Source: Paecilomyces variotii (Eukaryota). Taken from it: a stretch of DNA of 64,000 nucleotides. Location of the stretch: NCBI GenBank assembly GCA_004022145.1, contig RCNU01000001.1. One strand, written 5' to 3'. The notes beneath the pieces are model-generated. The model was given only the letters and a program-made list of their open reading frames with translations. It did not search any database and was not told the DNA's origin. The position numbers and the translations under genes are program-made. Shown one piece after another: positions 11,452 to 25,258 of the stretch. Numbering within the stretch: the stretch's first letter is position 1; each line of letters opens with the position of its first letter.

Positions 11452-12781
11452 CGTGACCAGGATTCAATCGAATCAGGAGAAGTCAAGAGTCAATTAGTCG
11501 AGAAGAGGAAGAGTATAGAAACAAGGTAAAGCCGTTGTAGTACCAATCAGGGATCCTTGTTTCTATGGCGGTCACAAGACGAGGGTAAAATAAGAAAAGC
11601 TGGCTTGGGATAGGATGAGACAGGATAGGAAATGTTCTACGGCGCCAGACACGAGGCGATCTATACAGAGCAGCGTTGATTTCGAGGCAATTCGAGTAGG
11701 ACAAAGCGGACGACTTCTCCTGCTTTTTATCTCTCCCAGCAAGGCGTCCTTGAACGGCAGGAAGAGCAACAACCAACATGGACAAACGATCAGGGGGAGG
11801 GAAATACCATAATTAATATTAATACCATATAAGATGTTCATCCTTGTTGTCCAGCCCGATCGGGACTTCCCGGTGCGATGACGTCGAGCCGGTACAGGAT
11901 GATACGCAAATATTATAGGAAATTCATCAAAATCCGCGCCAAGAGAGACAAACAGGCTGTAATCTTGTGACGATCGAATAAATTACACCCCTGATTGGCC
12001 TGTGGAAGAGGGGACGCTACTCCGGCCACCCGCAAATGCCAAGTCGCGCACCAACTGGCCATTCACAATTTATCTTATATTGTTGATCGCTGCGCTCGCC
12101 GCTCCCCGGAAAACCGCACAAAGACATGCTCCTATACTGACCGGACTGATTGGATAACCAGTCCAACATCCCCTCGCTGAGGAGGACAGTGAAATCCTTG
12201 CAAAGTCGGGGTACGGCGATCCCTACTCGATCTTTAACCCGGAGTAAAGTCCTCCGTTCAGCACAGACATACATGCATATGCATATTACTCTATCTAGTA
12301 CCAGAAGGACGGTTATCGTCAGCGGCGGTGATATAAAACGGGCCTGTCGCTGGAGGGTAGTATTCATAGGAACCTAGAATGCGTTCGGGAAAGGGTCCTC
12401 AGCTAATAAGATAACGATATCCACACATGGCTATACTCCAATTTCTCCCTGCTTGCATCTACCCCCGACGCGGTATTATTGCAGAGGACTGTGGGGTAAA
12501 CCGAGAATATTGAGTCTAGCCTCATCGCGGATACTACACGAGGAAATATACACTCAAACACAGGTGGGAAGCAAACACAGAGAGACGTAGATTGATTACT
12601 GCGTGGCGATTACTTATCTATACAGCGCAGAAAACAAACTGCCAACAGTGGAAGATACAAAAAGATCAGAAGAAAAAAGCCCCTCTTAAAAAACCCAGAC
12701 AAAACAAGAGAGAACATACGTCGTATGTATGTATGTGTATATACAAATAAGGCTTCGAGGGGAAAAAACAAAAAATTTAAT

Positions 12782-12869
12782 CGACCAACGCAGGATTCGA
12801 ACCTGCGATCTTCCGCATGCGAGGTTAAAGAACCGGAAACGGATGCCTTATCCACTAGGCCAGTTGGCC
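12782..12869 (-). tRNA. tRNA-Arg(CCG) with a ~15-nt intron
   Basis: Minus strand reads GGCCAAC TGGCCTAGTGGATAAGGC A TCCGT TT CCG G [intron] T GCGGA AGATC GCAGG TTCGAAT CCTGC GTTGGTC G. Stems pair, A- and B-boxes are present, and a T-run terminator follows. Confidence 0.95.
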
Positions 12870-13497
12870 GGGCTAGTTGACGGATAAATTCCGAAAAGAT
12901 TTTATGAAGCAGACTGTTAAAATGTATGTACAGTACGGTAACTAAACGATCTAACTTACCTCGTGGATATGTGTGATGCTTCCATGCGGATAGACCCTGT
13001 TAAATAGGTTTTAGTATAGAGATAGGAGAAATTCAACGGATTGGAAATAATATGCTATGTCATGGGATCTACTAGCCGAATGTCTAAGATGTGGTTAGGC
13101 AAGATTAAGGAGTCGAAGTGCCTATGGGTTCTGTCAGTCGAACTCACACTGGCTATCCAAGCCTGGCTCACCAGTACGTCCGGTTGGACTTATGGCAGTA
13201 ATCAACTAGTCGGGAGTAGGATCTGTTTAGATCGTAATCCTTGATATTCCTATTCTGACCACCCTAGTATATAGTATAGTAGCGATATAAAACTAGGCAC
13301 AATGAAGTGAAGATATCCATACACAAAAATGAACACCCTTATACCATATCCCCCGTATGCTATTTATATAACTACTCATCGAAATTCATTTCCCCAGCCT
13401 TCATACGTTAACCCCATAGTAATCTTTTGGTCGCCTAGTGCCGTTGCATTCCTCCAGTGCGTAGTCACTCTCCTCTGGGTGCCCACACTGTACCAGC

Positions 13498-15701
13498 CTA
13501 CTCGAGGTACTCATTGGGCATGTAGAGCGGCATCGAGTCCTCCCAAATGGTGTCCGTGAGCAGCTTTTTATTGGAGCCATCGTAGTCCATAACCATGATT
13601 TGGCCGTAGGGCTGGAAGGTGTTGTCGTACAACGCACTCTCGTCCTTGAAGCCGTACATGCCGGTGCTCCACATGATGCGGCCGTCCTGAGACCACACCG
13701 CACTGAGACAAACAGTCAATATTTTCTTGCCAGAGGAGAAACACTGAGAAAGGGGATCGGGTTTAAGGGTAACTCACTGAGCGTCGTTGGCCAAGCTGTC
13801 CGTCACCCTCGTCAGCTCCGAGCCGTCAGGGCGGATAGTATAGACATCGAAGCGATCCGCGTACCAGCGGCTACCGTAAGATGCGGTCCAGTTGTTGTTA
13901 CGGGTGAAGACAATGCGCTCACCATCTGGCGACCAGCCGGGCGTGTTGTCCCAGCCCAAGGTGAGTCGGGTGGTTTCACCGGTTGTGAAGTTGAGGACTT
14001 GCAAGCCTTCCGGCGCGCCGGTCTCGCGATTCCAGAGACGATAGACAATGGCCGAGCCGTCAGGGGACCAGCTGGGGAAGCCGGCATTGTCAACCCAGTC
14101 GGTCAGGTTCGTGTGGGAGCTGCCGTTGGCGAAAGTGCGGTAGATGGCAGCGGAGCTTTCAGTGCGCGTTGCAAACCACGCACCGAAGCCGACAACTAGC
14201 TCTGTACCATCTGAATTCCACGAGGGCTGGAAGGCGCCCGCTTGACCCTCATTGAGCATCTCAACTTCGGTGGAATTGTTGATCGAGTAAATGGCATACG
14301 AGTCGAGCGCCTGGACCACGTCCGTGTAGCCCGGCGACGAGGTCACTAGGGATCCATTGGCGCTTCCTAACACCTTCTGTGTCGTCGCGATACGGTTGAC
14401 GGCCGTGTTGTGCATGGGGAAAACGTCCACGTAGCGGTATTCCCAGTCGTCGTCAAAGCTCCATAGTTTCAGCTCGGCCGCCTGCTGCGTCCAATTGAAG
14501 ACACTGTAGACGATCTTAGAGCCGTCGGGAGACCATGAGGGGTCTCGTAGGTTGGTCAGGTTGAACGCTTTGTGTGTTTTGTCGGGGACGGTATAATGTA
14601 TGCCCTCCAGAGGCCCAGCCTTGATCAGGTAGCCGATGTTACTGGAATTGCCAATGTAGTGCTGACCGACCTTGGGGTAATCGCCAACGGTGTGAGCGAC
14701 GATGTTCTTACCGGTGGCTACATCGACGCTATAGATCTGCGCGGTGACGGCCTCTTGCTGGGTGGAGACTCCATGAGAACCGTAGGTGTCCTCCGTCGTC
14801 ATATTGTTATAGATAATGCGCTTCCCATCCGCCGACCACTGGGGAGTGCCCAACGAATAGCCGCTCTGGCGTAGCAGCGCGCGGAAATCGCTGCCATTTG
14901 GGCGGATCACATATAGACCCAGGCTCTGGGTATGTTCCCAGCCAACGCCCTCACTGTGACCTGTCCAGTCGGTGTTGCGGTCGGAAGTAAAGGCGAGCCA
15001 TTCGCCATCGGGGGACCATGCAGGGCGAAAATGACCGGACGGCCAGATATTGTTGGTGCGCGTGGTCGCGGTGTCAGTCAGGTTGTATGCGCGGTTGGTC
15101 TTCAGGTCCTTGACCCAGATGTTGGTCGTGTAATTGCCCTTCGTCGACACGTACGCAACCTTACTCCCGTCTGGTGATAATACGCCCACATCCTCGACAT
15201 GGTTCGTAGCCACCAGGAGCTGGAGCCCCGTGCCATCCGGCCGCACCCTATACAAGTCCGACTGTCCAGGGGCGCGGCGCTCGCTGGTGAAGACAATCCA
15301 CTGGCCATCCTGCGACCACGAAGCGTGGTAGTCGAATGCGTGAGTTTGGTTTGCCATCAGCTTTGTCGCATTGCTGCCGTCTGCGTTTGCGATCCATAGC
15401 TGCGAGCCAGAGGGTCCGATACGGTTCACTGTCAGCCCGTCAGTATATGTCTTTCTTCCTGCACCAAAACTCCACGGACAATCGAGTGATACTCACTATA
15501 AAAGATGCCCTTCTTGCCCTCAATTGGCGTGCGGCGTGAGAGCACGGGGGTATCTTGTATCACCGGCGTGGCAGCGCGCTTCGCATAGGGGCAGCTCGCG
15601 GCAGCAGCAGCAACATTACCACGCTCTGCGTAAGGGCAGCTGGCGGCAGCAGAGCCAGCCACGAGTGCAGCAAATGCAACAATAGCCGCGGAAATGCGCA
15701 T
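13498..15701 (-). CDS. Secreted TolB-like/PD40 beta-propeller protein, 3 exons
   Basis: Signal peptide MRISAAIVAFAALVAGSAAA and repeated P.WSPDG..I.F blades. Introns at ~15430-15497 and ~13704-13777. Confidence 0.9.
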
Positions 15702-16822
15702 CTTGTCTTTTCCCAGGGTGGAGATCAACACAGGCAGTCGCCATTGTAGATCCGAAGGAGAAGATCGACTTATATATAGACAGTCATATAAATATATCGA
15801 TCTAATCCTTTGCCTCGGACACTTTCCTCTTCGCTCCCCCACTCTTCAGACCTTTCTGTTCATCATGAACTGCGCCTGTCTTCAGCACGGTTACTTGAGA
15901 GACCCGTGGGACTCGAGTATATCGAATCGGTCGTCGGGACATTCCAGGTCAGAATGACGCAGCAACGGCTACTGCCCACCAAGATGAGTCTAATTTGAAT
16001 TTTAAGATAGTTGAGTGGTATGATGAGGCCTGTTAGTTTTATTAACCATCCAGTCGGCCGTTATAAGATTGCAACTTAGAAAAGCAGAGGATAAGTGTCG
16101 AGCTGGAAACAGAAGAGATCGGCGTGCTAAATAAAGTTCTCCCACAGCTCGGTCACTTTTCCCTAATTGATACAAGTTTAGACGGTGCTTTCTGCTCCAT
16201 TCATCGACAATGATCTCTTTTATCTCCGACCTCGCAACTCCTGCCAAGTCTTTAGCATCTATTAAGCAGGAAATAATCTCTCAAGGCCAAGAGATTAAAA
16301 AAAAAGAAAAAGAAAAAGAAAAAAAAGAAAGGCGGCATAGCCTCGGATTTGCGACGCCAATTAAATAGGATTATTCGGAAGTCTTTTGGAACTAGCGCAG
16401 TGGAGGAAACACTGCCTGGTTTCATCAGCTCAACTTCCAAAACATTCTGCTAGGATGCTTGATACGTATCTAGTCCTTTTCAGCCTTAAAGAGTGGTCTG
16501 CATTTGGGTGCAGACGACACGCCAGTCATCATTGCCCAACTTATCTAGCAATGGTCTGTAACTAGTTATCATTTCCTGCTTCTACTGACCAATCTAGATT
16601 TCAAGTCTCCCAACGCCATGCCCATGCTGAAACGCCTATTCATCGTCGATTCATTTCCTCCAGCATATCCGTTACCGACATTATTCCCTTCCCCTGCCTG
16701 TGCGCCCAATCAGTCATTAGAGGTCATCAACACGTGGCTGTGCTGCAAATCGCAGATATATCCAATCTGTCTCAACCGAAAAGGAGGACCCTGTGCGTCA
16801 GTGGGAATATAGCTCATCCAAT

Positions 16823-18430
16823 TCAGCGTTGACGGACATCATGCTGAACATTCTCGACACGCCCTTGCAGGAACACCGTTCCGCGTTCGAGGTCGCCCTG
16901 TTCTTCGTCCGCGGGGTCCTTTGCAACCTCAGCGTGGTTAGTATCTGATACAGGTTCCACTTCGATCTTCCTGTTGTTTTCTCGTGCGACTGCGACATAG
17001 ATCGCACTGCCCAGGATCAACCCTGAACCCGCCCAGCTGGCTGCCGACGGGGTGCTGTTCCATATCACTTTATCGTAGAACAGAGCGAAGAGCATCTGCG
17101 TGTATACCATTGATGTGGCGCGCGACCCGTGGCCAGAAGAACTATGAGCCCGGACTGACTGTCCCGGCTTTGGAGGAGGTACATATGCCAGACCGGCCGT
17201 CAGAAGGAATTGGAGAACAAATCCAGCGACCCCCAGCCCTAGGAGAAGCATCCATTCTGTCATGTTTCCCGGTAAACGGAAGTTGGTCGACGGAATGACT
17301 AGTATAGCCACAACCGACACAATTGTTGTCCACGTAGAGAAGTAAGTTACGCTGACGAGAGCATGGGCTCTTGTTCCGATCCAGCGGATCGTGGTATATG
17401 CGCATGCCGCACCTAGCACCCCGACCAGGGAAACAAGAACAGCTAGCATGTGGTGGTACGCGTCAACGGGCTGCGGCTCCCCAGTGTCTGCAGATGCATT
17501 ATTGCCCTCGTCAGGACTAACATCGGCAGATGTCGAACCCTGACCAAACGGCTGTGCTATCAAGACAACCCCTAGCAACGACACGATACCCGCCAGCTGT
17601 TGCTTTCGAGTGAAGGGCTCATTGGGCATAAGAAACGAGCAAGCATAACAAGCCACGATAGGTGACAGGAAGGTTAGCACTGTTGCTTCCGAGAGCGGCA
17701 TGTACAGCATCGCATAATAGATGCCAAACACACCGAAGAACCCACCAAAAGCACGCAGGACCAACGGCCAGCGGACTTCGCGTGTCCCCAGAGGATGAGG
17801 TACCTTAGCGTACCACATGTACGCATAGCTGGCTATAGCCGTTATCGACATACGGGCGAAAAGAATCTATGTACACTGATTAGACATTATTACGGTCAAT
17901 TTGATTGGGGGAATACAGCGGCTGACCTGAAAGGGATCCATGCCCTTCCCATGAGCGCCGTCGATCTCCAGAAGCCGTGTCATGACGTTCATGGATGCAC
18001 CAAAAAACTGAGATAGCATCACCATTATCATCCCCTTGTATTGTAGCCAGGCCGTCCATAGTATGCCTCTCCACGTCGTCGGCGGAGTAACATAGTGGGC
18101 TTCGAACTCGGACCCTGCGGGGGAGGGAGAGCGGAGCAATGGCACATCGCACCGCGGCGCATTCACTATTCGTCCAGAATACACAGAGAGGTCGGAGTAG
18201 AGTGAGTCTGTTGAGGGTCGAAAGCTGTTGGCAAGAGGGACGCCCAAGTGCTGGACGTCATCCCGTTTATTGGATGGCCGATCCTCGACGATCCCAGTGC
18301 TAGGAATCTGGGGATAGTAGTCTTTATGCTTGTCATTGTTTTCATTCTCTGTCGCTGTCATGATCCCTGGTAGTGCTGATGGGATCCCCGCAATCGCCTG
18401 ATTCTCCTGTGAGCTGTCCGGTGTAGCCAT
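16823..18430 (-). CDS. EamA/DMT (DUF6) family transporter, 2 exons
   Basis: MDPFQ-(intron)-ILFARMSIT, LVLRAFGGFFGV, PLSEATVLTFLSP and YTQMLFALFYD; about 10 transmembrane segments. Confidence 0.92.
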
Positions 18431-19004
18431 GAGCTCTGCCTATATTTTAAGTAAAAATTAAAAGGACAGGAGATCAAGTTAAAATAAGAAAGTATTTCAG
18501 ACTTTGGAGAGACGCCAGCGTCCGAATGATCCCGTTGGACGTTCTTGAATAGCGGCACGCGACAGTCTGTTGGCTGGGCGTCACAGAGTGAATAGAGGAT
18601 GACAGGAGAATGGGAAGAACACAGAAGAAAGACAAGACAAGAGGCCTGTCTAGGTCCCTGGAGGCCATCCGAGCCTACCGACGCAGGCTGTCTGGCAGCC
18701 ATTCGTTAGTGGATATTTAACCGTAGAATCCAATATCACATTTGCATTTAGTACTTGCAGATGAATGAGGGGAACCAACCATGACGTTGGCTTGACAGCC
18801 TCTTTTCCGGCGGGTAATAATAATGGGTAATAATAGCGCCATTTCTCGGGCGGATATCTTTCCTGCCGGAGAAACACTTCAATTCGAAATACGATGTGAT
18901 GTCCCTCTAAAACCGAGACTCTCTTCCAAGACCACTTTTGTATCTCAATAGATAGACGCCCTACTAGGGTACTAGGACCTGCTATAATTATACCGCATAC
19001 CTAA

Positions 19005-21399
19005 TTACACAAAGGTGAATGTGTCTCCGCCCTTCTCTCGTAGCATATTCCCGATCCTCTTCGTTCCAACGATCCGTTCCAGCTTGAGAGCATCCCATTT
19101 GGAGAAAATAGCACGCACGCCAGTGTCCGCGGCCTCAGAAACACTGGCCGGGTCCAGCCCAAGATAGCCTACAATCTCTCCCCAGAAGACCGGGTTTTCT
19201 GGCACTCCATACATGATCACGCGCTTCACGCCTCGAATCCGATATCGTCGGAAGTGGTGCGCACGCTCTGTGTACAGCAAAACAGACTGTCGACCATTCA
19301 GAAAGTGGGTACGAGCACGGGCGACATCCCGAACAGATGTATATTCAGAGATGGCTCCGAACGAGACATTCGTTGTCTGGGACGAGGTAGCAAAGTGATT
19401 GCGCACACGCACAAAGTCCAGATACGAGGGAATAAAGATCAACGTTCCCGACCCGTTGCCCTTTCCTCTTCCAGTGATGTTTTTGACAAGCGAAGAGAGG
19501 ATAGCAGTAGTGAAGTACTTGAATCGCGCGTCAGGATCCTTCACCGGAGAGAGACTGTCAAACCGCGAAAACGTCTGCTTGACAGGGACGGGCAGCGGGA
19601 CCTCAGTGATAGCACCGGGATAAGTAGCCGTAAGCTTGACCTTGCCGGCCACATTCTGCATATGCGAGGTGAACAGAGAGTTTATTTCCGGTGTGACGAA
19701 GGCTGATAGTACGATAGTCTGCCGAAGCTGGCGGGCGTGGTTGTCGAGATACCACGATCGCACACGACTGAAATCACAACCGTGCGCTTCCCGGGGTTGC
19801 AAGTTGAGGTGCTGAAATATGTATTCCATGTGGTCCCAGTTCTGCATAAGAAGCGCATCGGCATGGTCAACAATGACCAATTCGATGGAAGACAAGAAGT
19901 CATAATCCCTCTTCTTCTCACTATGGCGGTGTCAGTAGGAGCCTCGAACGGAGGGGCCAGAAAACTTACTCTGCTTGGTCCATAACCGTACGGAGACCCA
20001 AGGGACTTGCGAGAATGACATCTGAGTTGTAGAACTGCGCAAAGTACTTAACAGTCTTCCGGGTGAACTTCAGACCTAACCGGAACATGTCATCGTCGTT
20101 CCCCCCGAAGAGTTCTCTGAAATCTTCCGTCTTGTCCTCAAAAGATGTATGTTCGGGTGCAGAGAACCCATCGAGGAATCGCTTCTTGTTCTCTTGCTGT
20201 TCCGGCTGATACAGCTTGGTGATCGAGTCCATCACCCGGACGCAAGCTTGCCGGGTAGGTAGGATGTATAGCACCTTTGGCCTGGTAAAACCCTGGTCTC
20301 GTAGATCGATATCCTCATCTTGTTCTTTTGAAGCACGAGCATTGTTCTTGATGACACGATCTCTGGTCTTGAGAACATGATTAAGGGCGTGGAGACTTAG
20401 TAGATCACGCAGGTGACCGGAATTTGATGGCGTCCTCGCTCCAAAAAGAATATCTTTGTAGTTGAAAATGTAAGGTGCAAGATTCTGAGCCTGGCCTTCA
20501 AACTTGGGCACCAGCTCTGAAGCAGGCGCAACTAGTTTCTTTTTGAGCTGCAGACGAGTCAGCATTCTTGATCCAGCTCTGTTGCAGATTAACGTACCTT
20601 TACGCTACCTATGTCTCGTAGGGTGGAAGGGAGATGTTCCTCTTTCCCCCCGATTTCAGGCGTGCTGTACGCCAGTCTGAAGTCATCCGAGAGCAGTTTC
20701 TTGCTGGAGTGCCATCGGTTCTCGGACACAGCTTGCAGTCTCTTTGCAAGCTCACTCTCGTCTGGGTTTGCGAAATGCGTCTCGAAGGGATCACTCGCTG
20801 CTCTACAGTTAGTACCACGAGTAACATACACTAGGATCATCGAAATAATTCTAACCATCTTCATCATCGTCCACGCCCTCGTCATCAGCCTCTCCCGGTC
20901 CAACGTTTTCGTCCTCAGACATGTCTCCATCTTTGGCGGCATCGTCTTCCAGTTGGTCATCCTCGTTTTCAGGGACATCTTCCAGGACAGCCGCCTCGGT
21001 TACTTCATCATCTTTATGACCAAGCTTTCTCTTTTTGCGAGCAGGTCCCTTGGAACCCGAACTTGATCCTGCATTGAGCAGTTGTAGGAGTGCGTTGTAT
21101 GGGCGTTCCTTAGATTGTTCCTCCTCCTCCTCGCTATCGGATGATACGTTGTCAGCAGACGCTACATCCTCTATTTCGTCCTCCTCAGGCACGCCATTCT
21201 GCTCATCAGACTCATCTCCCGATCTGCAATGTTGTCAGTCGACTTCTCTGTAGACATTCTGGAGGGCTGGCGTGGATACTCACGGTAGCTCGGCCACCCG
21301 CGAAGTTTCGAAAGCGTTTTTCCTGCTGTGAAATGAACCACCACGTCCTCTTCCACGGCCCCGGGCCTGTCTGGCGCCTCTACCGCGTGCTGGAGCCAT
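19005..21399 (-). CDS. UTP25: U3 snoRNA-associated protein 25 (DUF1253/DEF)
   Basis: RGR-rich start [51 protein letters not shown] and [13 protein letters not shown]. Multi-exon. Confidence 0.95.
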
Positions 21400-21651
21400 T
21401 ATTTGCAGTTGTTGCTGAGCGCGAGCTGTGGTCGCGAACTTTTTCGTTGATCGGGGGTAGCGGCGTTATCTTATCTTAGCGTGAAATTTCGTCTGCGCGC
21501 ACACACAATTCGAGCCTCTCAGGAACCACGTCGCCGCAAACCCCAGCGGGCGGAAAGATTGGAGCCACTCTCCACGACAAGAAGAAGAGCCTGTCCGTCT
21601 GTATCTCCCACCGCGAGAGACAGACGTATCTATCCAACCCATCTGCCCAGC

Positions 21652-22809
21652 ATGGCCGTCACCGACTCCTTCCTCCATCTCGCGCGGCCTCTAGGCCCTG
21701 TGGCAGTGGGGTCTGCACCGACAACCGCCCCTCTGAACGTTGTCATCCAGCCCCAGGTATGATTACGATCGCTTTCCCCTTAGAAGATTCTTGATGGCTA
21801 ACTGGATTTTCTAGGCTATCTTCTCTATCCTCGACCATTCCCTCCGCCGAAATGCCGACCAGGAGCGTGTGATTGGAACCCTGTTGGGAACCAGGTCCGA
21901 AGATGGTACCGAGGTCGAAATCCGCAGCTGCTTCGCTGTCGGTCATACGGAAACGACGGACCAGGTCGAGGTCGATATGGAATATCAGAAGCAGATGCTT
22001 GCTCTGCACTTGAAGGCGAACCCAAAGGAGGTCCTTGTCGGGTGGTACGCCACCTCGTCTGAGTTGAACACATTTTCCGCTTTGATCCAGAACTTCTACG
22101 GCGGACAGGGCGACGGTACATGGCCGCACCCTGCTGTTCATCTGACTGTGTCGACGGAGCCTGGCAAGGATATCGAGACCCGTGCATACATCTCTGCTCC
22201 TGTCGGTGTTACTGCCGAGAGAGCAGCCGACAGTGCTGCCTTCATCCCCGTTCCCCACGAGATCAGATATGGCGAGGCCGAGAAGAGTGGTCTGGAGGCC
22301 ATTGCGACTGCCAAGGACAACGAAGAGCGTACAGCCAGCATCTTTACGGATATTGAGGCTCTGGAGCGTGCTGTTGAGGAGGTCCTTGGCATGATCGACC
22401 GTGTTTCCCGATATGTTGAGTCTGTCATCGATGAGGAGGCTCCTGCGTCAACGGCACTGGGCCAGTTCTTGCTCAACACTCTTGCCTTGGCTCCCAAGGC
22501 TGAGCCTGCTGACATTGAGCGTGACTTGTATGTTTCCCTTGTCTCTGGCTTCTGGATCTATATCATAGTCCCGATACTGACATATATTACAGCAACAATC
22601 ACATCCAGGATGTGCTCGTTGTTTCTTACCTCGCCAACACCATCCGCACACAGATGGAGCTGTCTAACCGACTAGCAACTGCACAGCTGACCCTTGGTCC
22701 CGGCGAAGGTGCTGCAGAGTCTGGCCAGCGTGGTGGCCAGAGAGGTAAGGGCGGTCGAGGAGGCCAGCAGCGCAACCAGGAACGGGGTGCGGAGGAGGCT
22801 CGTGCTTGA
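21652..22809 (+). CDS. eIF3f: Translation initiation factor eIF3 subunit F (MPN domain), 3 exons
   Basis: [16 protein letters not shown]...[29 protein letters not shown] and [17 protein letters not shown]. Confidence 0.95.
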
Positions 22810-23479
22810 AGAGAAGGAGAGAGGAGTATAATTATTACTACTCATTGATAGTGTGCGGGCTCGTCCCGTTCCAGGCCTTTTTTGCGAAAGGCCTGGCCCT
22901 CCTGGTCAACTTGTTATCCGTTTGCTTTTTTTTTCTGGCATTGCATTTTTGCTAGGGCGGCAAAAAGCATGGCGTATCGGAGTCATCTGGCCTTGTTCAG
23001 ACCGAAAGGAGGAGAGGGAGAGAGTGAGAGAGAATCATGCCCTTTTGTCTGGCTGGATCAGAGGGAGCTATTCTCTCGAGAAAACCCGCTGTAAAAGCTA
23101 AAAGAAAAGAAAAAGGGACCGCCCGCCACTTTTATGAAGCAACGGCAAAACTGCCAATCTCGATGAAATGAACAGGAAATGAGCTAGCTAGATAATCTCC
23201 GATTCCGTTTCCCACTGTTGTATGTAGAAGATGGGTTTCTGTCATGGTAGATATATATGTATGCATTCTGACCCTAGTCAAGCTGCCTTTCACGAGCATT
23301 TCCCGTATGATTTGTGCCCAGTTAGAAAATAAAGAGGACCCCAAAGACAAAAGCCGCCCATCCTGAAATCTAAATGACAATAGGGACCACCGAAACGCCA
23401 TTGCGATGCAAAATCAGCAATAAAAACAAATAAGAGCCCAACAGTCGACCCCCAGATCAACTCGACATTACTCTTCCTT

Positions 23480-24132
23480 TCAAACCTTCCTCTTCTTCGA
23501 GACTGTCCCTTCAGTCCCATCTGAATCTCTCCGGGCTCCTCTCTTTCCTTTGCTCTTTGCCTTCTTCCCCGCAGTACTCACCCCATCGACACTCTCGCCG
23601 ACATCGCCAAGGCCCTTTTTACCTGCCTCCTTGAGTGCACCAACCTGGTCATCGTTCTGATCGAAAGCCTTTCGCGCTTCCTTCAGTTCGCGCTCCATCC
23701 GCAGCAGCTCCTGCACACGACCTAGCTTGTTCGGATCGCGGCGCAGAGCGAACCGGAAATCATCGACTTTGATCTTCTGTCGGCGAGAATAGGTCGCGTA
23801 CTGGGCGGCTGTGTGACACATCTCCAGGACGAAGTCTGTTACGATCTCGTCGAGGACGCGGACGGTCTCGGGAAGTGGTTCTGAGGGGAAAGAAGGATGC
23901 GGACTGGGATCACCGTATGCGAGAAGGAGAAGACGCACTGGTATATAAGATTAGCGAGGGAGCGCTTTTAATGAGTGTATAATATCCAATGCGACAAACA
24001 GCCCTGGAGCCTGTGCCCTCCTAAGAAGTAGATTGATGATAATAAAAAAACGATGATGCAAAATCACATACATTCAGGCGCAAAGTTCATTTGGCCCTTG
24101 TGCCTTGCGGCACGGGCTCTTGGTTCAGCCAT
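23480..24132 (-). CDS. TAF13: TFIID subunit 13, 2 exons
   Basis: MAEPRARAARHKGQMNFAPE-(intron)-LRLLLLAYGD...PETVRVLDEIVTDF...KIKVDDFRFALRRDPNKLGRVQELL. Confidence 0.93.
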
Positions 24133-24677
24133 GTTCGTCCGACGTCTTTCTTCCCTCTGGCGAGTTCTCCAATCCCCAGGCTTCTTGAGCGCGCTCTTAG
24201 GAACAGACGGGGCGTTTCTTGGTTCTGGTCCTGACTCTTGGACCGATTCACTCGAGGCGGCAGCGGTCTTCGGCGTATAGCAGGGTTTATAACCTGCCCT
24301 GATTAACGCAGTCTCTTCAGGATTGAACGGCCAAGGAGGCGCAAGTGCTCCAGTAACATGGCCCGTCGGTGGACGACTGACAGGACGTGATAGAGAAGGT
24401 GTCGCTAAACGGTCGCCGGGATTGATACGGTAAGGCGATGTCGTCGGGGCGGCGAAGTGGACGTGCCTGCCGCCGCCGCTGCGGGCCGGGTCAGCCATGG
24501 CCAGATATAGCTTTCCCTGGCGCGCGCTTGTCGGGAGCCTCAACTGTGCAACCGCCAACGTCTGTGGTAGATCAGTCCAAACGCGAGGATAACGTGGGTT
24601 TTAGATCCCCGAGCGAAATAGGTGCTTGTTTCTTATTTCGTACGAGATCAAAGCAGCAGACAGAGGAGGTCGTCAAG

Positions 24678-25258
24678 ATGGTAAGTGACAGATTCCAACA
24701 CGCTCATGTCAAAGGAAGAAAGAGAGAGAGAGAGAGTAGACAGACCAGGACACTTCACTTTCACTGGCACCTCCTAGTCAGCTGTTGCTGTTATTTTTTC
24801 TTTCACAATTAGCTGACAATGGCCATTACCACACAGTCTGCGCTATTCAACTTCCAGTCCCTCCTTCTCGTCTTCCTGCTCATCATATGTACGAGCGCTT
24901 ACACCCACTCCATGATGCCAGGAATCATGGACCGCAATCAGCATGGGTACGATCTCCTTTCTCGCTCAGTCCTCTATAGATGTCCAGGAAATTCTTCGTG
25001 TCACCCGCATCCTATATTCGGTTGTCTTTTGACTTTCTTGCAACTGTACACGACTCGACGCTAACAGTTGCTTCTGACATGTAGCTTCTTCGGTATCTTT
25101 TGGAAATGCGCCAGGATTGGAGAGCGGCTTAGTCCATATATCAGCATATGCTGTGTTATGATGGCGGTAGGTCTATATTATGAGAAATCTTCTTCGTTAC
25201 CTGATCATCTTATACTCATCTTCTCTATGTACAGATCTCGATCTTCTTCGGTGGTTGA
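24678..25258 (+). CDS. KSH1: Protein kish (DUF1242/TMEM167), 4 exons
   Basis: ATG|gtaagt, then SALFNFQSLLLVFLLIICTSAY...GFFGIFWKCARIGERLSPYISICCVMMA-ISIFFGG*. Confidence 0.93.

Noticed and set aside
12782-15701. TolB-like gene next to a tRNA as a horizontally acquired island
   Set aside because: The gene has normal spliceosomal introns, and there is no integrase, att-like direct repeat or terminal repeat.
16295-16332. (AAAAAG)n tract; also (CT)n near 5841-5860 and a G-run near 48404-48416
   Set aside because: Ordinary microsatellites or homopolymers.
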